In this document: piece after piece, positions 9,380 through 18,400 of the stretch
How the letters are laid out: each line of letters opens with the position of its first letter
Position numbering within the stretch: position 1 is the first letter of the stretch
Source of the DNA: Polyangium jinanense
Lineage (GTDB): Bacteria > Myxococcota_A > Polyangia > Polyangiales > Polyangiaceae
Assembly (NCBI RefSeq): GCF_028435265.1
Contig: NZ_JAGTJK010000012.1
Location: forward strand, 102,900-166,899
Reading direction: 5' to 3'
DNA: 64,000 bases
Made by a program: the position numbers and the translations under genes
Notes under the pieces: model-generated
The model's input: only the letters and a program-made list of their open reading frames with translations
Told to the model about the DNA's origin: nothing
Database searches by the model: none

Positions 9380-12300
9380 CGGACACCCATGCCGAGCTTC
9401 TTGCGCAGCTCGAGGTAGCTGGGGGAAAGCACGAACGAGAGAAGGCGACGCGAGCGCTCGCTCTCGGTGACCACCGAGCCGAGCTGATCCCGCGGCACGC
9501 TCACGATGTCGCTCAGAACGATCGAGACGTCGCCGGCGGCGATCACCGCCATGCGATCCAGGCTGCGACGCGCCGCGTTCGTCCACGCGCGTGCATCCTG
9601 CTTGCTCGACACGACCTTCTGGCAGACCTCGCCGATGCTCTTGCGGATCTTGCGCGAGATCTCCTTGTGCACCGCGCGCTGGATCTCGCCGTAGACCGCG
9701 TAGCCGGGGTTTTGGACCTTGATGTCGACCTCGTTGCACGCCGCGATGACCACGGACGCGACCGTGGCCTCGTCGCGCGTGCGGAGCGAGGTGATCCCGC
9801 GCCGCAGGGCGAAGACCGTGCGTGCGATGGCCGAGCGCGCCGCCGCGTCGAGCGGCGTCGTGATCCCGGGCCCGACGACGATCGCGGGCACCTCGCCGGC
9901 GACGCCGTGCACGCCCTTCGGCTCGGGGCCGCCCACGTAGAGCTCGAAGTCGCCCTCGAAGCCCACCGCGCCCATCCACTCGGCGACCGCCACGCGCAGC
10001 GGGTGGCCGCCGCGCGAGTCGATGCGCTCCTTCTTGCCGACGTTCAGCGAGCCGAGCGTCGGGCCGAGCGCGAGCGTCACCGTCTCGGCCATGAGCACGA
10101 AGAGCTCCGCGATCGGGCCGTTGTCCTCCGGATCGGCGATCTCGGCCATGGCCTTCGCGTCGAGCACGATCTGCGGCCGCGTCGCGACGCGACCGTCGAT
10201 CCGTTTGAGCTCCGTCGAGATCGCGTCGTCGTCGCGACCGAGCGAGACGAGGCAGCCGAGCGTCGCCTGGCGGAGCGCCGCGTCCTGCCCGGCCTGCGCG
10301 ATCTTCGCGAGCCGCTCGACGCGGTCGGCGTCGCACGGATCCTCGGAGAGCTTCTGCACGAGCACGTTCTTCGCGCGGCCGAGCAGGCGCTGACGGAGCG
10401 ACGCCTCGTAGCTCGTGGTGAGCACGAGATCGAGCGCCTCGCCGTCGTCCGGCGACTCGTCGAGCAGCTTCACGACCGCGCTCTCGGCCTTGAGCGGATC
10501 GTTCTGCTTGTCGCGCCAGATGGCCATCGCGAGCCGCGCGGCCTCCATGCGACCCTCGCGCTTGTCGCGCTCCTGCATGAGCTGCTCGAGGATCGACGTC
10601 GCGCGCGACCACGCGCCCGTCTTCGCCGCGACGCGCGCGAGGCGCTCGCGCACGGGCGGCGTGGACAGGCCCGCCTCGTGGAGACCCACGAGCACCTTGA
10701 GCGCCTTCTCCGGGGCGTTCAGCTTGTTCTCGTAGATGTCCACCGCCGCGACGCCGGACATCAGCCGCTGCTGCGCCGGCGCCTCGCCGATGCCCGAGAG
10801 CCGACCGAGCAGGTCCGCCGCCTCGGCGAACTTGCCCATCGTGATCGAAATCTCGCCGGCGAGCGCGAGCGCGCCGACGTGATCGGGCTCGAGCATCGTG
10901 ACGTTCTCGAGCGCCGACAGCGCGCCCTCGCGATCGCCCTTCTTGCGAAGCACGCGCGCGCGCTCCCAGAAGAGCTTGCCGATTTCCGCCTCGTCGTCGG
11001 CCACGTCGAGACGGCGCCCGATGATGTCGAGCAGCTTGTCGTCCTCGTTGCGCGAACGGACGCGGCGGAAGAGTTTGTCGAAGGCGACCGAACGGCTCGG
11101 ATCCCGATCGAATGCGCGGGCGAACGCGATCTCCGCGTCGTCGTGCGCGTCGGTGTGATCGAGCAGGATGATGCCCGCGGACTCCCAGAACGCCGCGCCG
11201 CGCGTGTCGTCCTTGCTGAGGGCGCCGAGCTGCGCGAGCGCGAGCGCCGTGGAGACGTGGTCGCCGAGCGCCTCGCTCGCCGCGCGCACGCCCTCCCACG
11301 ACACGATGTCGTCCTGGCGGCGCTCGACGGCCGCGCGGAAGGTGGCGAGCGCCGCCTCCACGTTGCCCGCCGCGAGCTCCGACCAGCCGGAGAGCGCCGA
11401 AGCGTCGCTGCCCGCATCCTCGCCGAGCGCCCCGCCCACGTTCTGCAGGGCGAAGGCGCGGCGGCGCGGATCGCAGCCGGGCATCGCGAGCTCCAGGTTC
11501 GCGAGGCGCGTCGCGTCCGACGTGCCGGCGAGCAGGGGCTGCGGCGTGCTCGGCTGATCCAGCATCGCCACGAGCGCGGCCGACGCGTCCATCGCCGACC
11601 ACGGCTCGTCGTCGAGGAACGTTCCCACCGCGCGGCGCGCGGCCACCTCGGCATCACGATCCTTCGCGGCGAGCGCCGCCCCGAGCCACTCGAGCGCGGC
11701 GTAGAGCTTCGGCTCCGCGTCCGCCCAGGCCGCCGCGCGCGACACCGCCGCGCCCGGGTCCTGATCGACCGTGCGCGCAAGGCGATACCGCTCCGCGCGG
11801 GCGATCGCCGTCGCTTCGTCGCCCTGGTCTTCCAGACGATCGAGCGCGCGATCGATCGCCCCACGATCACTCTGCGCCTCGGGCCACGTCAGGCGCGCGA
11901 GCCCCGCGGCGACCGTGATGTCGCCCGAGCCCTCGGCCTCCGCCGTCTCCAGCGCCGTGAGCGCCTCGGGGCGGTCACCCGCCTCGCCCTGGCCCACCTC
12001 CAGGCCGAAGCGCTCGATCGCGATGCTCGCCGGATCGGCGCCCGCCTCCGCTGCCGTGAGCAGCGCGCGGCGACGACCGTCGAGGCTGTCGGGATCGGCC
12101 CCGCGCAGCGCCCACGCGAGCAGCGCCGCGGCCGCCTTCGACGCGCTGCCGCGCGCCTGCTCGATGAGCTCGATCGTCTTCTGCCGATCGCCGATCCGCC
12201 ACGTGAGAAGCGCGGCTTCCAGGTAGAGCGCGGCGCCGAGGTCGATGTCCTCGGTCGCCGTCGCGCATGCCGACAGGATGTTCGACGCGGCCGCGAGGTC

Positions 12301-14205
12301 CCCTGCGCGGCGCTCGAGGTCCGCGAGGAAAAGCGCCACCACCTCGTCCGACGGCTGCGCCTCGTGCAGCTCGCGCAGTCGCGCGCGCGCCGCATCGAGG
12401 TTGCCCGCGCGCGTGCTGCGCAGTGCAGCGACCACCCAGAGGCCCCGCGCGAGGCTCGGGTCCGTCTCGACCTTCGCGAGCTCCTCGATCGTCGCCGCGA
12501 TCGGGCGGAACGCGCTCACCTCGCCCGGCGCCGGCTTCTTCGCGCCGAGCGCGTAGGCCGCGAGCACACGCCCGAGCCACGTGGAGGCATCACCGTCGAG
12601 CGCCGCGAGCTTCGAGAACGCCTCGGCCGCGCCGTCCGCATCGCCTCGGATCGAGCGGCTCCGGCCGAGCTCGAACCAGAGGCTCGCCTCTTCGCCCGGC
12701 TCCGCGCCGCTCGCCACGAGCTCCGCCGTCACCTGCTCGTACCACGCCGCATCGCCCCGAACCGACGCGAGCGTGCGGGCGATCCGCGCGAGCAGCGGCG
12801 CCGGCGTACCGAGCGCCGCGGCCCGACCGAGCGCCGCCTTCGCGGCGTCCGAGTCTCCGGCCTGGCAGGCCCACACGTAGGCCGCGATGATCTCCGCGCG
12901 CGCCTTCGCCTCGTTCGTCGGGCACGACGCGCCCGAAGCTTCGAGCGATCGCGCGAGCGCCGCCGGATCCTGCGCGTCGCTCAAGAGGTCGAGCTCGAGC
13001 GCGCGCGCCATGATCGACGCCGGGTCTGCTTCGAGCGCGCTGCGCAGCGCGGCGAGTGCGCCATCCCGGTCGTTGTCGAGCATCGCCGCCTCGGCGATAC
13101 GCAGCCACAGCGCCGCCGCGGCCGGGCCCGGGGTGCCGCGCTCGAGCTCGGCCCGCGCGAGATCCGCCGCGCCCTTCGCGTCGCCGTTCGTCTCCAGCGA
13201 TGCGAGCCGCGAGCGCGCGATGAGCGACGACTGCGGGAGCTGCTCGGCGGCTCGCGCGAGCAGCTTCACCCAGCCTTCTTGATCCCCCGCGCGCCGCTTC
13301 AGCTCTGCCGCGCGCAGCCACGCGTCGGCTGCGTACTCGGCGCGCCGCGCGTAGCGGGGCACGCCGCTCGCGTCACCGCGCTCTGCGTCTTCGAGGGCCT
13401 CCTCGATGAGCTGCGCTTGACCTTCGAGGGCCCGCGCGAGCGCCGTCGTGTTGTCCTCCCGCGCCGCGATCGCTTCGAGCGTCACCTGCGACCGGAAACG
13501 GCCCTGACCATCCAGCGCGGCGGCGGCGTCGATCAGATCGTAGGCGCGCTGCGTGTCGCCGGCCTTCGCCGACAGCTCCGCGAGCTCGATGAACAGGAAC
13601 GCCTTCCACGTCGGATCGGATGCGAGCTCGGCGCGCGCCTCGATGGCGCGCATGCGGCCGGGCAGATCACCGTCCTTCGCCGCGATGAGCTCGAGCTCGA
13701 GCCACGGCGTCGGGTCCTCGGGGCTCGCGCCGACGGCCTCTTCGAGCGCTTCTTTTGCGCCCGGAAGATTCTGCTCGTAGTCCTGCAAGAACGCGGCGCG
13801 CTCCCAGAACGCGCGGGCACGCTCCTCCGGGGTCACGGAGGCGCGCGTCAGCGCTTCGAGCAGTTTCCCGAGGTTCTTGATGGACTTGCGTCGGGTCAAG
13901 ATCCGGACGAGAGCCTCGAGCGACTCGCGGTTTTGCGGATCCGCGTTGAAGGCGGCGAGGTAGTCCCGCGCGGCGGACGGCTCCTCCCCGTGCTTCTCTT
14001 CGAGGACGCCGCACTCGTGCAGGAGCAGCGCTTGGAGCGCGTTGTCCTCCTGCGCGGCGTGCTCGGACCGTAAACGATTGAGGAAGGCCGCCGCATCCTC
14101 GGCCTGCCCCGTGGGCATGGGTGTCTCTACCGTCATTGGGCTCGACGCGCCTCCCGCGGAGACGGGTTTCTGGTCCATTGCATGCTGCGTGTGGAGACTA
14201 GCCAA
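9376..14205 (-). CDS. Giant TPR/HEAT-like helical repeat protein (1609 aa)
   Basis: Continuous ORF with an Ala/Leu/Glu/Arg-rich helical-repeat composition. It is translationally coupled to the downstream TPR gene. Confidence 0.7.
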   Translation of the reverse strand: MASLHTQHAMDQKPVSAGGASSPMTVETPMPTGQAEDAAAFLNRLRSEHAAQEDNALQALLLHECGVLEEKHGEEPSAARDYLAAFNADPQNRESLEALVRILTRRKSIKNLGKLLEALTRASVTPEERARAFWERAAFLQDYEQNLPGAKEALEEAVGASPEDPTPWLELELIAAKDGDLPGRMRAIEARAELASDPTWKAFLFIELAELSAKAGDTQRAYDLIDAAAALDGQGRFRSQVTLEAIAAREDNTTALARALEGQAQLIEEALEDAERGDASGVPRYARRAEYAADAWLRAAELKRRAGDQEGWVKLLARAAEQLPQSSLIARSRLASLETNGDAKGAADLARAELERGTPGPAAAALWLRIAEAAMLDNDRDGALAALRSALEADPASIMARALELDLLSDAQDPAALARSLEASGASCPTNEAKARAEIIAAYVWACQAGDSDAAKAALGRAAALGTPAPLLARIARTLASVRGDAAWYEQVTAELVASGAEPGEEASLWFELGRSRSIRGDADGAAEAFSKLAALDGDASTWLGRVLAAYALGAKKPAPGEVSAFRPIAATIEELAKVETDPSLARGLWVVAALRSTRAGNLDAARARLRELHEAQPSDEVVALFLADLERRAGDLAAASNILSACATATEDIDLGAALYLEAALLTWRIGDRQKTIELIEQARGSASKAAAALLAWALRGADPDSLDGRRRALLTAAEAGADPASIAIERFGLEVGQGEAGDRPEALTALETAEAEGSGDITVAAGLARLTWPEAQSDRGAIDRALDRLEDQGDEATAIARAERYRLARTVDQDPGAAVSRAAAWADAEPKLYAALEWLGAALAAKDRDAEVAARRAVGTFLDDEPWSAMDASAALVAMLDQPSTPQPLLAGTSDATRLANLELAMPGCDPRRRAFALQNVGGALGEDAGSDASALSGWSELAAGNVEAALATFRAAVERRQDDIVSWEGVRAASEALGDHVSTALALAQLGALSKDDTRGAAFWESAGIILLDHTDAHDDAEIAFARAFDRDPSRSVAFDKLFRRVRSRNEDDKLLDIIGRRLDVADDEAEIGKLFWERARVLRKKGDREGALSALENVTMLEPDHVGALALAGEISITMGKFAEAADLLGRLSGIGEAPAQQRLMSGVAAVDIYENKLNAPEKALKVLVGLHEAGLSTPPVRERLARVAAKTGAWSRATSILEQLMQERDKREGRMEAARLAMAIWRDKQNDPLKAESAVVKLLDESPDDGEALDLVLTTSYEASLRQRLLGRAKNVLVQKLSEDPCDADRVERLAKIAQAGQDAALRQATLGCLVSLGRDDDAISTELKRIDGRVATRPQIVLDAKAMAEIADPEDNGPIAELFVLMAETVTLALGPTLGSLNVGKKERIDSRGGHPLRVAVAEWMGAVGFEGDFELYVGGPEPKGVHGVAGEVPAIVVGPGITTPLDAAARSAIARTVFALRRGITSLRTRDEATVASVVIAACNEVDIKVQNPGYAVYGEIQRAVHKEISRKIRKSIGEVCQKVVSSKQDARAWTNAARRSLDRMAVIAAGDVSIVLSDIVSVPRDQLGSVVTESERSRRLLSFVLSPSYLELRKKLGMGVR

Positions 14206-14385
14206 ACGGTGCGTCGGGAGTAAAGCGTGCTCGCGACGGATCGCGACGATCGCGCGCCTTGCCGCGATGCGCGGGTATTCCCGTGCGGCACGTGTTCGAC
14301 GCGGCCGGTCCCGATCGTGGGCGAGAGCCCCGCCCGTGGACCCCGGTGGGGGCGCCTTCCCGGCCTCGCCTGCTCGCTTGCTCGC

Positions 14386-14682
14386 TCAGGCCTTGCCGAG
14401 CATCGCGTCGAGCTTTTCGTGCAGCTTCGACTCGACCACGGGGCGCATCGCGCGGAGCAGGAGCGGCAGCTCCACCCGGATCCGCACGGCCTCCGCGGTC
14501 ACGCGCACCGACCCCCGCGTCCCCTTCGCAGGCCCGTTTGGCGCGTCGAGCCGGAGCTCGTCGCCCTCCCAGCGCCAGCGCACCCCGCGGCGTTGTTCCA
14601 GCCGCCTCGCCAGGTCCTCGGCGCGCCGCCGCGCCGCGTCCTCGCTCATGCCGTGGGGCCTCAGGATGTCGATCTGCGCCAT
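14386..14682 (-). CDS. Polyhydroxyalkanoic acid system family protein (PHA_gran_rgn-like, 98 aa)
   Basis: MAQIDILRPHGMSEDAARRRAEDLARRLEQR..WEGDELRL..GSVRVTAEAVRIRVELPLLLRAMRPVVESKLHEKLD matches the ~90-aa PHA-system protein family pattern. Confidence 0.7.
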   Translation of the reverse strand: MAQIDILRPHGMSEDAARRRAEDLARRLEQRRGVRWRWEGDELRLDAPNGPAKGTRGSVRVTAEAVRIRVELPLLLRAMRPVVESKLHEKLDAMLGKA

Positions 14683-14707
14683 CGCGTCCGTCCCCTTCGT
14701 ATCGTGC

Positions 14708-15298
14708 CTACTCGATCCGTGTCACGATCCAGTAGCCGCGCGGCGTGTCGACGACCTCGCTCACCGCGCCCTTGGCCAGGCTGAAGAGAACATACTCCGG
14801 CGCGGGCTCCAAAATTCCGCGCGGCAGCCGCCCCGCGTTCTCCATCGAGCCCTTGTCGCCCTTCGCCACCGCCGCCTTGAAGTCCGTCTTCGCCTCCTCG
14901 GCGAGCTGCTTGGCGAGCGTCAGCGCCTCCTCGCGCGGCCGCGCGTTCGGGAGCGCGCCCTGCGCGCCCTTGTACTGCACGAGGATCACCCCGAACACGA
15001 CCGACTTCGGCACCTCACCCGCGAGGGGCGGCGGCGCCTCGCCCGTGAGCAGCAACGTCCCGCCCGCGTCGACCGGACCCGCCGGTTCCACCTCGCTGCC
15101 AGGCTCGCCGCTCGCGCCTGCATCCGAGGGCTCCGCGCCTCCGTCCGCCGCCGTCGCCGCGCCCGCGTCGCTCGGCGCGCCTGCATCGGCCGTCGCCGTC
15201 TCGGTGGACGGGCTTCCGCCGCGACCGCGCGGGACGACGACGAGCGCGATGGCCCCGAGGACCAACACGGCGAAGAGGAAGGCGGTCGCTTTCTGCAT
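14708..15298 (-). CDS. Membrane-anchored PpiC/parvulin-type peptidyl-prolyl isomerase
   Basis: N-terminal TM anchor and Ala/Gly/Asp-rich linker. C-terminal rotamase-like domain (VILVQYKGAQGA...GYWIVTRIE). Confidence 0.6.
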   Translation of the reverse strand: MQKATAFLFAVLVLGAIALVVVPRGRGGSPSTETATADAGAPSDAGAATAADGGAEPSDAGASGEPGSEVEPAGPVDAGGTLLLTGEAPPPLAGEVPKSVVFGVILVQYKGAQGALPNARPREEALTLAKQLAEEAKTDFKAAVAKGDKGSMENAGRLPRGILEPAPEYVLFSLAKGAVSEVVDTPRGYWIVTRIE

Positions 15299-15482
15299 GG
15301 GGCGAGCGCGTTAGCATATTTCCCCGGCCCAGCGGAAGCGAGAGGCGCGAATCCACGCCGCTCGGCCGCCCGCTCGGCCCGCGCTCGCCGCCCTCCTCGT
15401 GTCGCAAAAGAGCCGCGAAGCCTCAAACCCTGGTAGAAGTGAGCAACGCGAACCATCGCGCGCCCCAGGGCCCCTCGAAGGC

Positions 15483-18400
15483 ATGAGCATGGTCAAGGTC
15501 GAGTGCGACTCCTGTAAGTCGCCGTACCAGGTGGAGGAACGACGGATCCCGGCGACGGGGCTCAAGATGCGCTGCTCGAAGTGCGGCACGAGCCTCTTGG
15601 TCCGCAAGCCCTCGGAGCCGGCGGAGGAGGAGATCGATCTCCCCTCGCCGGTCGCGCCGCGCGCGAAAGGTGGCTCCGAGCCGCTGCTCCCGCGCCCCGT
15701 GGCGGGCAAGGCGCCTGCCGCTCCGCTCGCGCCGAAGCCGCCCGTGCTCCCCGCCCAGCCGAAGCCGGCCGCGCCCGCAAAGCCCGCCGCGCCCGCAAAG
15801 CCTGTCGCGCCCGCAAAGCCTGTCGCGCCGGCGAAGCCCGTCGCGTCCGCGCCCGCGCCGAAGCCCGCCGAAGCCACGGAGCTCGATCTGTGGGGCGAAG
15901 GCGACGATCCGGGGTTCGGCGAGATCGATCTTCCCTCGCCCGCGAAGCCGACGGTGCGGCAGATGCCGGCGTCCTTGCCCGCGGCCGAAGAGGAAGAGCT
16001 CGTGGATCTGCCGGTGCCCGCGAAGCCCACGGTCCGGCAGATGCCCGCGGCGGCCGTGAACGAGTTCCCCCTCGATGAGGAAGAGGAGGAAGACGCCGCG
16101 CTCGCGGCGATCGAGCTGCCCCCCGGGATGCCCTCGACCAAGCCGACGGTCCGGCAGATGAAGGCCGTGGCGGCGACGACGTCGCTCGAAGTGGATCTGC
16201 CGTCGCCGTCGCCCTCGCCGACGCGCGCGGCCGCGTCCAAGCCGGGTCCTCCGAAACCGGAGGACAAACCGACCGCGCCCGCGCGTCCCGCGACGAAGGG
16301 GTTCGGCGAGATCGACCTGCCCTCGCCCGCGCGCCCCGCCGCGCCGAAGCCGCCGCCGAAGCCGGACGAAAAGCTCCCCGCGCCCGCGCGTCCCGTCGCG
16401 AAGAGCGCGCCCGAACCGGAGATCGATCTGCCGAGCCCGGCGCGCGCTGCGAAGAAGAGCACGCCCGAGCTCGATCTGCCGGCCCCCGCGCGCCCCGCGC
16501 CCGCGGCCAAGGGCTTCGGCGAGATCGACCTCCCCGCGCCGGCGAGGCCCGCCGCCGCGCGCCCCGCGCCGCCTGCGGCGAAGGGGTTCGGCGAGATCGA
16601 TCTCCCCGCGCCGGCGCGGGCTCCCGCGAAGAACGAGCCCCCCGATCTCCCCGCGCCGGCCCCGCCCGGCCCGAAGCACCGCTCCTCGGGCGCGATGACG
16701 GCGCTGCGCGGAAAACCCTTGAGCAGCTTCGACCTGCCCGCCGTTACCGCCGACACCGACCTCGGCAATTTCGGCGAGATCGATCTCCCGGCGCCCGATC
16801 TCGGCGGCTTCGGCGAGCTCGACCTGCCCGCGCCCGAAGGCCCGTCGTTCGGCGACCTCGAGCTCCCGCTGCCGCCGACCGCGGGCTCCGCGACACGGAA
16901 CGACGTGACCCGCAGGATGGATCCTGGCGCGACCGTCCCGTCCAGCGCGATCGCGGCCTTTGATCCGGGCGACCTCGGCGAGCTCGAGTTTCCCCTCGCG
17001 AGTGACCCTCCGCCTGCGCCCGCCGCCGCGCCCGCCGCGCCTCCGCGCGCCGCTCAGCCCTCGACGCCCAGCTTCGAGCTCGACGACGCGGCCTTCGACG
17101 CCGCGTTCGCCGATCCCCCGCCGAACAGGACCGCTGCCGCGCCCAAGACCACGCCGCATCCGCCGAACAGCACGCGTGCCGCGGCCCCTGTCTCCAAGCC
17201 GGGCGAGGAGTTTTCCCTCGAGCCGGCCATCGACCTCGCGGTGAGCGCGCCGATCAGCACGGGCGCGCCGACCCAGCGCGCCGAGGTCGACCTCGGCGCC
17301 GCGCCCGAGCCGCCTCCGGACGACAGCGCGGGCATCGGCGACGAGGTCGACCTTGCGCCGGGCGAGTCCGACGGAGCTGATGCGCCGCTCGCCAAGCGCG
17401 ACAAACCTCCGAAGAGCGTCGCCAGACCCGCGAGTGAAACGCGTCCCCGCGGCCGTGGCCGCGTCTATGGCATCGGCGCGGCCGTCCTCATCGCGATCGG
17501 CGGCGGCGCGCTCGCGCTCCTGCCCGACATCGGCCCGTTCGGCGTGCACGCCGTGAGTGATCTCGTGAATGCCTCCGCGCACGCCGAGGCGCTCACCGGC
17601 CTCGAAAAGAACACGCAGGCCACGCTCGACGAGGACACCGCCGCGGCCGCCGCGCGCGCGCTCGAAGCTGCCAAGGCCGCGCAGGTCTCGCGCCCGCGCC
17701 ACCGCGCGACGGCTGCGTACGCCGCGTACGTCGCCTTCGCGCGTAGCCTCCGCCATGGCCGCCGTGGCGACGACGAGACCCTCGGCAAGCAGCTCCTCGG
17801 ACAGACCGAGAGCCCGAGCCGCGAGCGCACCCTCGCGGTTGCCGCAGAGCACGCGCTCGCGGGCCGCCTTGAACCAGCCCGTCGCCTCGCCAAGGACGCG
17901 CTCGACGCCAATACGAACGACATCGACGCCGCGGTTCTGATCGGCGAGATCGAGCTCGCCTCCGGCGCCGCCGCCGACGCGCTCGTCGCGTGGAAACGCG
18001 CCGTCTCCCTTCACAAGGGCGCCCGCTCCCTTTATGGCCTCGCCCGCGCCGAGCTCGCCAAGGGCGACGCCGCGAGCGCCGAAAAGACTGCCCGCGCCGC
18101 GCTCGAAGCCTCCCCCAAGCACGCCGGCGCGCGCACCTTGCTCGCCTCGATCCTCGGCCGCGACCCTGCCAAAGAAACCGAGGCCCTCGATCTCCTCGGC
18201 AAGGTCACCGCCGACGGCGACATTCGCGCCTCTGCCAGCGAACGCGAGCTCGTCGAGGCCTACATCGAAATCGGCCGCATTCACCTCGGTCGCTCCCGCA
18301 TCACCGCGGCCGAGCAGGCCTTTGCTGCGGCGCTCAAGATCGACCCGCGCAGCGCGGCCGCGCTCATCGGCGACGGCGAGCTCTTTTATCGATCGAGCCG

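Noticed and set aside
6251-9418. 1055-aa plus-strand ORF and many other 150-700-aa Arg/Ala/Ser-rich ORFs across 4.3-14.2 kb
   Set aside because: These are typical alternative-frame and antisense open frames in 70% GC DNA. Their composition is dominated by R/A/P/S, and they overlap strongly supported TPR genes.
9358-14073. 1571-aa plus-strand ORF antisense to the 9376-14205 gene
   Set aside because: Arg/Leu/Glu/Asp-rich mirror of the TPR gene with no motifs. The minus-strand protein has coherent TPR-like sequence instead.
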